A stretch of DNA of 64,000 nucleotides from assembly GCA_964461835.1 (NCBI GenBank), contig CAYWVO010000002.1, positions 23,600-87,599 on the forward strand, in the 5' to 3' direction. Below the pieces are notes generated by a model. The model was given only the letters and a program-made list of their open reading frames with translations, ran no database searches and was not told where the DNA came from. Of the stretch, positions 20,027 through 29,266 are shown in pieces; position 1 is the stretch's first letter, and each line of letters begins with the position of its first letter. This DNA comes from an uncultured Ignavibacteria bacterium. GTDB lineage: Bacteria > Zixibacteria > MSB-5A5 > WJJR01 > JAJRUJ01. The position numbers were made by a program, and so were the translations under genes.

Positions 20027-21061
20027 ATGACCAAACGATATTGGGGAGTATTCATACTGTTGCTTGCCTGCTCTCTGGCGGCGCTTGCCGGCTGTGGCGG
20101 CCAGGAACAGGCGGCTGAGGGACGACGACCAGTACCGGTGACGGTAGTCCCGGCCGCTCCTGTTGATGTGGACTGGACGCGATCCTATAACGGCACGCTC
20201 GAAGGCATCCGGCAGGCCGAGCCGACGGCCAAGATTGCCGAGACGATCATCAAACGACGGGTCGCTAAAGGACAGCCCGTGAAAAAGGACCAGGTATTGT
20301 TGGAGTTCGACAAATACGGTCCCACCTCCCAGTATCGACAGGCCGAAGCAGCCTATGTCGAAGCCAAACGCAATTATGAAAAATACGCCAATTTGTATGA
20401 GGGTGGGGCTGTTTCCGAGCAGGAACGCGACTACTACCAGACTCAGTTTAAAATTGCGAAGGCCAACTACGAGTCGGCCCGCGACCAGGTGGAAGTTAAA
20501 TCTCCTATCACCGGCACGGTGACTGACTTGTATGTCAATGTCGGTGACCAACCATACATCGGACAGGTGCTGGCGGTAATTGCCGATACCGACACCATGC
20601 GTCTGCACTTGGACATCCCGTATTTTGATGCCCAATCTGTCGCTGAAGGAATGCTCGTTATTATTCCATCCCGCCTGGATACCACGATCACCGCAACGGG
20701 TTGGGTTGATGAGCTCTCTGAATCGGCGGACCCAGTGACCCGTATGGTGTCAATTGAGGTCCTGGTCGAAAATGATGAACGAATCTTGCGTCCCGGGATG
20801 TATGTAACCGGCGAAATCCTCCTGCAGGAATATGAACACGTGCTCACAGTACCGGTCGAGGCACTGGTTAACCGGCAGGGTCAGGAAGGTGTGTTCGTGG
20901 AGGCAGATTCAACAGCACACTTCCGTCCCCTGACGTTGGGAACGACTGTCGGCGATATCGTGGTTGTAGCGGATGGGCTGGATATCGGGGACCGGGTGGT
21001 CGTATTCGGGCAACAGTCGTTGCTGGATGGTTCGCCGGTCACCGCACAAATCAAAGAGTAA
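20027..21061 (+). CDS. RND efflux periplasmic adaptor (membrane fusion protein)
   Basis: Lipoprotein signal (LLLACSLAALAGCGG). HlyD/AcrA-type biotinyl-lipoyl, beta-barrel and MP domains. Confidence 0.8.
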   Translation: MTKRYWGVFILLLACSLAALAGCGGQEQAAEGRRPVPVTVVPAAPVDVDWTRSYNGTLEGIRQAEPTAKIAETIIKRRVAKGQPVKKDQVLLEFDKYGPTSQYRQAEAAYVEAKRNYEKYANLYEGGAVSEQERDYYQTQFKIAKANYESARDQVEVKSPITGTVTDLYVNVGDQPYIGQVLAVIADTDTMRLHLDIPYFDAQSVAEGMLVIIPSRLDTTITATGWVDELSESADPVTRMVSIEVLVENDERILRPGMYVTGEILLQEYEHVLTVPVEALVNRQGQEGVFVEADSTAHFRPLTLGTTVGDIVVVADGLDIGDRVVVFGQQSLLDGSPVTAQIKE

Positions 21062-21071
21062 CGGGCATCTC

Positions 21072-24000
21072 ATGTTTTTAGCGGATACATCGATCAAACG
21101 ACCGGTCTTCACGACGATGGTCATTGTGGCGTTTATGATCCTCGGCGTGTACGCCTATGTCAATATGCCGGTCGATTTATTCCCCGACATTGAATTTCCT
21201 TTCGTCGTCATTTCCACGATCTACCCCGGCGCCGGGCCGGAGACGGTCGAGTCGGAAGTCACCATTCCGATTGAGGAGGCGGTCAATACCATCTCGTCGA
21301 TCGAACACCTCTCGAGTACTTCATACGAGGGCTACTCCCAGATTTTGATGCAGTTCGAGTTTGATGTTGATGCGATGGATAAATCCAATGAGGTCCGGGA
21401 AAAAATAAGCACGATCCGTGCCTCCCTGCCCGATGGGATCGAAGAACCGGTTGTCCGGCAATATGATCCCGAATCGATGCCCATTATGTCGTTGACCATT
21501 TCGGCGCCGCGGTCGCTGAAAGAGATAACGACCGTTGCTGAAGACATTATCATTAAACGGCTGGAGGCAATCAATGGTGTTGGGGCGGTCGACCTTGTCG
21601 GCGGCGCCGAACGCGAAATCCAGATTGTTCTCGATCGGGAGCGCATGGAAGGGTTTTCGGTCTCGATTCAGCAGGTTGTCGGTTCGATTCAGGCGGCAAA
21701 TTTGGAGATTCCCGGCGGCCGTCTGGAACGCGGCCAATCGGAATGGACAATTCGTACTCTGGGAAAGATACAAGACTGGAAACAGTTCGGCGACCTGATC
21801 ATCGCGCGCCGGAACGGCCGGCCGGTCCAGGTCCGTGATATTGGCAAGGTGATCGATGGCATCAAGGAACGGCGGTCGCTGGCGTTCTACGATGGTAACG
21901 AGGCAGTTGCGTTGGATGTTATCCGTCAGGTTGGCGCCAATACCGTTGAAGTGGCCGAAGGCATCAAGCACGAACTCGAGGCTCTCCGTCAGGATCTGCC
22001 CGCCGATTTTGAGATTGGCATAGCCACCGACAACTCAACCTTTATTGAAGAAGCGGTCGCCGATGTCATTATGAATATTGAAATTGGCGGCACGCTGGCG
22101 GTGCTTGTCATCTTTTTGTTCCTAGCATCCTGGCGCACCACGTTGATTTCCGGCTTGGCGATTCCGACGTCGATCATCTCGACGTTCTTTGGCATGTACT
22201 TACTGGGGTTTACCACCAACTTTATGAGCCTGCTGGGGCTCTCGATCGCCGTGGGGTTGTTAATTGACGATGGCATTGTCGTCGTGGAAAATATTTACCG
22301 GCATTTTGCCATGGGGGAACCGGCCAAAGTGGCCGCCTCGCGGGCGACCGACGAAATCGGCATGGCGGTGACGGCGACGACGCTTTCCATTATCGTGGTT
22401 TTCGTCCCCATCGGTTTCATGGGCAGTATCGTCGGGCAGTATTTTCAGCAGTTCGCCATCACCGTTGCCATCTCGATTGCCTTCAGTCTATTTGTTGCTT
22501 TCACGCTGACCCCCATGCTGTTCTCGGTGTTAGCGCGCAAGGCCAAGCCCGCCGATTTCACCCATGAACAGGAGAATGGCGGCAAAAAGAAACAAGGATT
22601 CTTTATCGGGTTTTCCCGCCGTTTTGATGCCGGATATGATCGTCTGGCGGCCGGCTATCGGGGTCTGTTGGCTTGGTCTCTGCGCCATCGGTTCCTGACA
22701 ATTGGCTTGGCTACCGTCGGTTTTATCGGCAGCTTGATTCTCGGCAGTTTCACCGGTGTTGAATTCATGCCCTTGACCGATCAGGCGGAAATTTCCCTGG
22801 CATTCGAAGCGCCGCCGGGAACATCGCTGGAAAAAAGCTACGAAGAGGCAAAAAAACTTGAAGATCTCATGTGGACCTATGACGAGGTCCAGCACATCTA
22901 CATGACAATTGGCTCCGGGCAGAAGGATGTTTCCGAAGGCAGCCTGGTGATGAAATTAACGCCGCGCGACGAGCGTGAGCGGGACGTGTTTACCATCATC
23001 GACGATATGCGCGAGAAGCTGGAAAACTTCCCCGGATTATATACCTCCTTGACCAGCCAGGCCAGTGAAGGGGAAGGCCGGGCGCAGGTGCAAATGTCCG
23101 TGACCGGCCCTGATTTGACCACCCTCGCCAGCCTGGCTGAGCAAGTTGAGGATTCAATTCGTGCCATACCGAGTGCCGTGGACGTGAAAAATTCCATGGA
23201 GGGCGGTCGGCCGGAAATTCAACTGGAAATAGATCGGCCCCAGGCCTCCGATCTGGGAATTAATGTCTTCAGCCTGGCCTCCACGCTGCAGTATCTGGTC
23301 GACGGTGAAGACATTACCACCTATAAAGAGGGGGATGATGAGTACGATGTAACAGTCCGTTTGCGTGAAATGGACCGTTCCGACCCGTGGGATATTGCCA
23401 CCATTCATATTGAAAGTAATAAGGAGGTCCCGGGTCGTGATCACTTTTTCGTGCCGTTCAATCAGGTCGCCCAACTGACCGAAGCCGAAGGGCCGGTGGA
23501 AATCAATCGTTACGATCGTCAGCGGCAGATATTGATCTCGGCGAATACTGCGGGCGAATTTGCCGGTGATGTACGTACCGCCACTGCGGAAAAAGTGGCC
23601 AAAATCCCCACGCCGCCGGGATATTCAATCGGGCCAATCGGGATTGCGGAATGGCAGGAAGAGTCGTTTAACCGCATCTTCATCGCCCTGATGGCCTCTG
23701 TTGTCTTCATTTATATGGTGTTGGCATCGCAATATGAGAGCTTCATCGACCCGTTTTCCATTATGATCTCGCTGCCGCTGGCGCTGGTTGGGGCGATGGT
23801 GGGGCTGTTTCTCGGTGGATCAAGCCTTTCGCTGGTATCCATGATCGGAGTCGTACTGTTGATGGGCTTGGTAACGAAAAATGCAATTCTACTTATCGAT
23901 TTCGTCAAGCAGGCTCGTCATCGCGGTGACGACCGCACCACCGCGATTCTCAAAGCCGGGCCGATCAGGCTGCGGCCCATTCTGATGACCGCCTCGGCGA

Positions 24001-24239
24001 CCATTCTCGGGCTGACGCCGCTGGCGCTGGGTCTGGGGGAGGGAGCGGAGTTGCGCAAACCGATGGCGCACGCGGTCATCGGTGGCATGATTTCTTCAAC
24101 ACTACTCACACTTGTGGTGGTTCCTGTCGTATATACCCTAATTGAGGATTTCTTCGGTTTCTTCGGCAAAGTGTTTGGTTTGAAGAAGAAGAAATCCGAA
24201 ACGTCGGCGGACGAATTGAAGCCGCCGCGCGATACGTAG
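21072..24239 (+). CDS. RND multidrug efflux pump, inner membrane subunit (AcrB/CzcA superfamily)
   Basis: About 1055 aa starting MFLADTSIKRPVFTTMVIVAFMILG. 12-TM topology with two large periplasmic loops. Start moved to the ATG at 21072; the upstream ORF-track extension overlaps the MFP gene. Confidence 0.9.
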   Translation: MFLADTSIKRPVFTTMVIVAFMILGVYAYVNMPVDLFPDIEFPFVVISTIYPGAGPETVESEVTIPIEEAVNTISSIEHLSSTSYEGYSQILMQFEFDVDAMDKSNEVREKISTIRASLPDGIEEPVVRQYDPESMPIMSLTISAPRSLKEITTVAEDIIIKRLEAINGVGAVDLVGGAEREIQIVLDRERMEGFSVSIQQVVGSIQAANLEIPGGRLERGQSEWTIRTLGKIQDWKQFGDLIIARRNGRPVQVRDIGKVIDGIKERRSLAFYDGNEAVALDVIRQVGANTVEVAEGIKHELEALRQDLPADFEIGIATDNSTFIEEAVADVIMNIEIGGTLAVLVIFLFLASWRTTLISGLAIPTSIISTFFGMYLLGFTTNFMSLLGLSIAVGLLIDDGIVVVENIYRHFAMGEPAKVAASRATDEIGMAVTATTLSIIVVFVPIGFMGSIVGQYFQQFAITVAISIAFSLFVAFTLTPMLFSVLARKAKPADFTHEQENGGKKKQGFFIGFSRRFDAGYDRLAAGYRGLLAWSLRHRFLTIGLATVGFIGSLILGSFTGVEFMPLTDQAEISLAFEAPPGTSLEKSYEEAKKLEDLMWTYDEVQHIYMTIGSGQKDVSEGSLVMKLTPRDERERDVFTIIDDMREKLENFPGLYTSLTSQASEGEGRAQVQMSVTGPDLTTLASLAEQVEDSIRAIPSAVDVKNSMEGGRPEIQLEIDRPQASDLGINVFSLASTLQYLVDGEDITTYKEGDDEYDVTVRLREMDRSDPWDIATIHIESNKEVPGRDHFFVPFNQVAQLTEAEGPVEINRYDRQRQILISANTAGEFAGDVRTATAEKVAKIPTPPGYSIGPIGIAEWQEESFNRIFIALMASVVFIYMVLASQYESFIDPFSIMISLPLALVGAMVGLFLGGSSLSLVSMIGVVLLMGLVTKNAILLIDFVKQARHRGDDRTTAILKAGPIRLRPILMTASATILGLTPLALGLGEGAELRKPMAHAVIGGMISSTLLTLVVVPVVYTLIEDFFGFFGKVFGLKKKKSETSADELKPPRDT

Positions 24240-24258
24240 GCCGGGATACGATAGAGAG

Positions 24259-25887
24259 ATGAATCAGACAATTCGCTATGACCGGCTCCCCGGCGGGAGC
24301 CGTCTCTTTTTGGACTATCTCTACGACCCACATCATATCTGCGGCTTTTTCGCCTGGCCGTACCGGCGTCAGGTGGAGTTTGAGTCGTGTGCCCGGCAAC
24401 TCGACGATCGGGATTTCGATCGGAATGCCCTGGCTGACATGCTCCTGGATCAGCACCGAAAGTATGGAACCGACGATACTGCCGGCGGCAACATCGAACG
24501 GCTGCGGCAGACTGATTCGCTGACGGTATTCACGGGGCAGCAAGTGGGATTATTTGGTGGACCGCTCTACGCAATTTACAAGACAATGGGTGCAATCCTC
24601 CAGGCTCGGCGGATTGCGGAAATGCTGAATCGTCCGGTGATTCCGGTTTTCTGGATGGCGTCCGACGATCATGATTTTGCCGAAGTGCGCTGGACGGCGT
24701 TCCCCGGGCCCGATAACAAAATCCGTCGTTTAGAATATGAACCGGCGTCAGAGCCGGAACGAATACCCATCAGCCAGGTAGCCCTGGATGACCGAATCAG
24801 CGAGGTGCACGAAGCTCGGCGCGATGTGCGCCTGGAAACTGAATTTTCTGCTGAAATCGACGGCGTTCTCGAGGAGGCCTACCGCCCCGGTGTGACTATG
24901 ACCGAAGCGTTCGCCAACTGGATGGCGTGGGTTACCCGTGGAACGGGACTGGTCTTGTTTTCACCGTCCTGTGTCGAGGCTAAGCGGCAGGCGGTGGATC
25001 TCTTTACGCAGGAAATTCAAAACCCGAAATCTTCGGCAGATCGGCTCGAGTGGTGTAATTTGCGCATTCAGGAATCCGGCTATCGTCTCCAGGTCTCGCA
25101 TCCGAAGCCCAACACGCATTTGTTTCATGCCAATGGTCAACGAAACGCCCTCCAGGTCCAAGGGGATGGACAGCTTACCGATGGTATCGACGACGGTGAC
25201 AAAAATTCCTGGGCGGAGCGGTTGCAAGAGCACCCGGAGCGATTCTCTCCCGGCGTGCTGTTTCGGCCGGTGATGCAGAACTACTTGTTTCCGGCGGTTG
25301 CGTATGTTGCGGGTCCGTCGGAAATTTCCTACTGGGCGCAGGCGCGAGCGTTATTTGAAGTGTTTGACGTGGTGCAGCCGATTGTCCTCTCCCGCCCGTT
25401 CGTCACGTTGCTGGAACGCAAAATCCGCAAAGCCGTCGAAAAACTCGAATTAAGCGTCCCCGATGTCCTCACCGACCGGGAGCAGGTGGTCAACGAGGTC
25501 GCCCAGCGGACATTCCCGCCTGATTTGCACAAGAAATTTGGTGAGACCGTCGAGTGCTTCACCGACCACATTGACAAACTCAACGAGGCGGTCACCTCAT
25601 TCGAACCGACCCTGAAAAAATCATTCGAACAAGGCGCTGGGAGAATCCGCGGAGAATTGACCAATCTGGAAAAAAAGGCGTTTCAGGCACATAAACGGCG
25701 AAATGAAATCATCCGTGATCAGGTGTATAAAGTCTCCGCTCATTTGTATCCGGAGAACACACTCCAGGAACGGGTCTTTGGTTTACCCTATTATCTCAAT
25801 AAGTACGGTCCCGATCTTATCGCGTATGTGTTGGACCGTATTGCCATTGACACCCAGGACCACCAAATCATCGACCTCAGCTTATAA
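24259..25887 (+). CDS. bshC: putative bacillithiol biosynthesis cysteine-adding enzyme BshC
   Basis: 542 aa, the size of BshC/YllA. It lies directly upstream of unmistakable bshA and bshB. The N-terminal region (LPGGSRLFLDYLYD) follows the BshC pattern. The family assignment comes from context and overall resemblance, not from a search. Confidence 0.6.
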   Translation: MNQTIRYDRLPGGSRLFLDYLYDPHHICGFFAWPYRRQVEFESCARQLDDRDFDRNALADMLLDQHRKYGTDDTAGGNIERLRQTDSLTVFTGQQVGLFGGPLYAIYKTMGAILQARRIAEMLNRPVIPVFWMASDDHDFAEVRWTAFPGPDNKIRRLEYEPASEPERIPISQVALDDRISEVHEARRDVRLETEFSAEIDGVLEEAYRPGVTMTEAFANWMAWVTRGTGLVLFSPSCVEAKRQAVDLFTQEIQNPKSSADRLEWCNLRIQESGYRLQVSHPKPNTHLFHANGQRNALQVQGDGQLTDGIDDGDKNSWAERLQEHPERFSPGVLFRPVMQNYLFPAVAYVAGPSEISYWAQARALFEVFDVVQPIVLSRPFVTLLERKIRKAVEKLELSVPDVLTDREQVVNEVAQRTFPPDLHKKFGETVECFTDHIDKLNEAVTSFEPTLKKSFEQGAGRIRGELTNLEKKAFQAHKRRNEIIRDQVYKVSAHLYPENTLQERVFGLPYYLNKYGPDLIAYVLDRIAIDTQDHQIIDLSL

Positions 25888-25893
25888 CGACCC

Positions 25894-27003
25894 ATGAAAA
25901 TCGGCATAACCTGTCATCCTGTCCCGGGCGGTTCCGGGGTCTTGGCCACCGAGTTGGGACACCAGTTGGCGAAACGGGGCCACGAGGTACATTTTATCAG
26001 CCATGCGCTGCCATACCGGATGGATGAATTCGCCCCCAATGTGTTCTACCATGAGGTCGAAGTTTCCACGTACCCGCTGTTCGAGTATCCACCGTACACG
26101 CTGGCGTTGGCCTCGCGGATGGCGGAAGTTTCGCGGCATGTAGGCTTGGATGTGCTGCACGTGCATTATGCCATACCGTTTGCCATCGGTGGTCACCTCG
26201 CCCAGGGGATTTTGGGAGACGCTGCTCCGAAATTAGTCACCACACTCCACGGCACCGACATCACCCTGGTTGGTTTGGATAAATCGTTTTTTGAAATTAC
26301 GAAGTATTCAATCAGTGTTTCGGATCGGGTGACTGCCGTCTCATCGTATCTCGCGGCTAAAACGAAAGCAGAATTTGGGATTGAACGCGAAATTGACGTT
26401 ATCTACAATTTTGTCGATACCGAACGGTTCCAGCCGCGCCCGGCTCACTCCTGCCGTTCGACCTACGCCCCCAACGGAGAGAAAATCGTTATGCATCTCT
26501 CCAATTTCCGTCCGGTGAAAAACGTGACCGGGGTGATTCACATGTTTTATCAGTTGACCTTGAAAATGCCGGCGGTGTTGCTATTGGTGGGGGACGGGCC
26601 GGAAAGTGGTTCGGCGATGGCCCTGGCCCGCAAACTGGGAATTGGTGACCGGGTCCACTTCCTGGGGAACCAGCAGCGAGTTGAAAATATTTTTTCCTGC
26701 GCTGATGCATTCTTGTTACCGTCGCATTATGAGAGCTTCGGTCTGGCGGCACTGGAGGCCATGGCCTGCGGGGTGCCGGTGGTCGCCTCCGACGTGGGTG
26801 GGGTCAGTGAGGTGATTACCGACGGTGTGACCGGGTACCTGGTGCGGCCGGAGGATTACGAACTGGGAGGGGAGCGATTGGCACAACTCCTGACGGACAA
26901 TGAGATACACGACACACTTAAACAAGCGGGCTTGGCTATTGCCCGCGAAAAATTCGACACCCAGAGAATAATCGACCAGTACGAAGCACTGTACAAAGAG
27001 TGA
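25894..27003 (+). CDS. bshA: N-acetyl-alpha-D-glucosaminyl L-malate synthase BshA (GT4 glycosyltransferase)
   Basis: Very close to Bacillus BshA along its whole length: [22 protein letters not shown]...VLHVHYAIP...TTLHGTDIT...VIYNFVD...[10 protein letters not shown]...LLLVGDGPE...[16 protein letters not shown]. Confidence 0.88.
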   Translation: MKIGITCHPVPGGSGVLATELGHQLAKRGHEVHFISHALPYRMDEFAPNVFYHEVEVSTYPLFEYPPYTLALASRMAEVSRHVGLDVLHVHYAIPFAIGGHLAQGILGDAAPKLVTTLHGTDITLVGLDKSFFEITKYSISVSDRVTAVSSYLAAKTKAEFGIEREIDVIYNFVDTERFQPRPAHSCRSTYAPNGEKIVMHLSNFRPVKNVTGVIHMFYQLTLKMPAVLLLVGDGPESGSAMALARKLGIGDRVHFLGNQQRVENIFSCADAFLLPSHYESFGLAALEAMACGVPVVASDVGGVSEVITDGVTGYLVRPEDYELGGERLAQLLTDNEIHDTLKQAGLAIAREKFDTQRIIDQYEALYKE

Positions 27004-27722
27004 GTATGGCACAGGAACTTGACGCCCTGTTCATCGCAGCGCACCGGGATGATACCGAAATTGTCTGCGGTGGCACGGTTATTAAATTGGTCGATTTGGG
27101 GTATCAGGTCGGCCTGTTGGAATTAACCGCCGGGGAGATGGGCACCCGGGGGACCGCGTCCGATCGGGATGCCGAAGCCGCCGAGGCCGCACGGATTATG
27201 GGAGTCACAGTGCGAGAGAATTTGGAATTGCCGGATGCCGGTCTGCGCAATATTCCGGAATTCCAAAAACCGATTGTCGAGGTCATTCGCACCTATCGCC
27301 CACAAACGGTTTTCCTGCCGTTTTGGAAACAACGCCACCCGGACCATCGGGAAACGGGCAATTTGGGATACGATGCGTGCTATCTGGCCGGGCTGCAAAA
27401 ATATGACGCACCGGGAGAACCACATCGGCCGAGGAAAATAGTCTATACGTCCAACCTGCGCGATGTCCGTCACTCATTTGTGGTCGATATCACCGATCAG
27501 TTTGAGCGAAAAATGAAGGCAGTCGCGGCATATAAGTCACAGTTCCAGAGCAAGGAAGGCGCACGAGAGATTTTTAATCCCGGAGTGGATATTTTCGAAT
27601 TCATGGAAATTCACGCCCGCAGCCTGGGACAATCAATTCAGGTCAAATACGCCGAAGGATTCACGGTCAAGGATTACCTCATTGTCGATGATCCTCTGAA
27701 ACTTGCCGGGCAGTCGATTTAG
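27000..27722 (+). CDS. bshB: bacillithiol biosynthesis deacetylase BshB (PIG-L/LmbE family)
   Basis: LmbE-family motifs AHRDDTEI and RHPDH. Co-linear with B. subtilis BshB1/YpjG (..ARIMGV..R.NL..PD.., YAEGF). Overlaps the bshA stop. Confidence 0.82.
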   Translation: MSMAQELDALFIAAHRDDTEIVCGGTVIKLVDLGYQVGLLELTAGEMGTRGTASDRDAEAAEAARIMGVTVRENLELPDAGLRNIPEFQKPIVEVIRTYRPQTVFLPFWKQRHPDHRETGNLGYDACYLAGLQKYDAPGEPHRPRKIVYTSNLRDVRHSFVVDITDQFERKMKAVAAYKSQFQSKEGAREIFNPGVDIFEFMEIHARSLGQSIQVKYAEGFTVKDYLIVDDPLKLAGQSI

Positions 27723-27771
27723 CGGGGGGCAGACCATTGAGTTTTGGGGGCGGGTTGTCTATACTTGTTGA

Positions 27772-27867
27772 GGAAGCGGATTCGGTCTGGTGGCCGGCGC
27801 GGACTTCAAATCCGTAGGCGATCGACCGAGGGTCGGTCGCGGTGGGTTCGATTCCCACCCCTTCCGC
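27772..27867 (+). tRNA. selC: tRNA-Sec (selenocysteine tRNA, anticodon UCA)
   Basis: About 96 nt: GGAAGCGG...GCGGA-CUUCAAA-UCCGU (anticodon loop with UCA at positions 34-36)...long variable arm (GGCGATCGACC/GGTCGGTCGC)...T-arm GTGGG-TTCGATT-CCCAC...CCCTTCC-G. The 8-bp acceptor stem and long extra arm are typical of bacterial tRNA-Sec. It is located immediately upstream of selA and selB. One C-C mismatch in the acceptor stem; ends are +/-2 nt. Confidence 0.8.
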
Positions 27868-27896
27868 TTTTTTGATAAGCGTCCACAGGATTAGAT

Positions 27897-29261
27897 ATGC
27901 CGGAAGCTGATTTTCGCCGTTTGCCGTCAGTTGAAATTCTCAGCGGGCATCCCGCGTTTGCGAGAGCGATTGCGAAATACACCAAGCCAATCGTCCTCCA
28001 GGTGATTCGTGCGGTTATCGAAACGGCGCGTGCCGGCATTGCGGCGGGAAAAGACGCACCGTCCGATCAACAACTGGTAAACGAAATTCTCAATCGAATC
28101 CCGGAACAGGCGGGTGAATACCTGCGGGAAGTCATCAATGGTACCGGGGTTTTGATTCATACAAACCTGGGCCGCTCACCATTTCCGCGGGCCGGGGCGC
28201 CGCCGGAGGGCTACTCAAATCTCGAGTATGAGTTACAAACCGGTAAACGTGGCAAGCGTGGCCGGCTGGCCGATACAATGGTCGCCCAATTGGCCGGGGC
28301 GGAGGCGGCGTTGATCGTCAATAATAATGCCGCAGCGGTCTACCTGGTGCTCTCGGGGCTGGCACACGCCAAAGAGGTCATTATCTCCCGGGGTGAGCTG
28401 GTGCAAATTGGCGGCGGATTTCGTATCCCGGAAATTTTGGAACGGTCGGGGGCCAAACTGCGCGAAGTTGGCACAACCAACAAGACGACAATTGAAGATT
28501 ACGTCTCCGCGATGAATGAACAGACTGCGCTGATTCTGAAAGTACATCACAGCAATTTCAAGATGAGCGGTTTTGTGGCTGAGGTTTCCCTGTCACAGCT
28601 TACGGGGGCGATTAAGGGAAGAGGAGTGCCGGTGGTGATGGATTTGGGATCGGGTGCAGTCTCTGACCTCCAGCAATACGGGTTGCCACACGAGCCAACA
28701 CTTGGGGATGCGATCCACGAAGGGGCTGAGCTCGTGACTGCCTCGGGTGATAAGCTGTTCGGTGGACCGCAGGCGGGCATGGTTGCCGGCAAGCGGGAAT
28801 ACGTTGAAATTCTCCGGCAGGATCCGTTTTACCGGGCGCTTCGACCTGATAAGACCACCCTGGCGGGAATGGAATATGCAGCCCGCGCTCACCTGGAGGG
28901 GGCTGCCATGGAGCGCCTGCCACTGTATCAGATGCTGGCGCACGGATTAGATAAAATGCGTCAACGCGCAGAAGCGATCATGAAGCCGCTACACGAAAAG
29001 AATCTGCAGTGCCGCGTATCCTATATGAAATCAACCGTTGGGGGTGGTTCGCTGCCGCAGGAATTGTTCGAATCGATTGGCCTGGAGATAACGCCGGAGT
29101 GCCGGCTTGAGCAATTCGCCAAACTGCTGCGCGATGATTCTCCGCCCGTGATTGGCACGATCGGCGACGGTGTCTTCCGCATTGATCTGCGAACCGTTTT
29201 CCCCGGCCAGGATGAAATCCTGACTGCGGCACTGCTGCGTGCCCACGAGCGCAGCAAATAA
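27897..29261 (+). CDS. selA: L-seryl-tRNA(Sec) selenium transferase
   Basis: 454 aa. PLP-dependent fold with the SelA-typical N-terminus and the lysine-containing motif SGDKLFGGPQAGMVAG. Confidence 0.9.
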   Translation: MPEADFRRLPSVEILSGHPAFARAIAKYTKPIVLQVIRAVIETARAGIAAGKDAPSDQQLVNEILNRIPEQAGEYLREVINGTGVLIHTNLGRSPFPRAGAPPEGYSNLEYELQTGKRGKRGRLADTMVAQLAGAEAALIVNNNAAAVYLVLSGLAHAKEVIISRGELVQIGGGFRIPEILERSGAKLREVGTTNKTTIEDYVSAMNEQTALILKVHHSNFKMSGFVAEVSLSQLTGAIKGRGVPVVMDLGSGAVSDLQQYGLPHEPTLGDAIHEGAELVTASGDKLFGGPQAGMVAGKREYVEILRQDPFYRALRPDKTTLAGMEYAARAHLEGAAMERLPLYQMLAHGLDKMRQRAEAIMKPLHEKNLQCRVSYMKSTVGGGSLPQELFESIGLEITPECRLEQFAKLLRDDSPPVIGTIGDGVFRIDLRTVFPGQDEILTAALLRAHERSK

Positions 29262-29266
29262 TCCTC

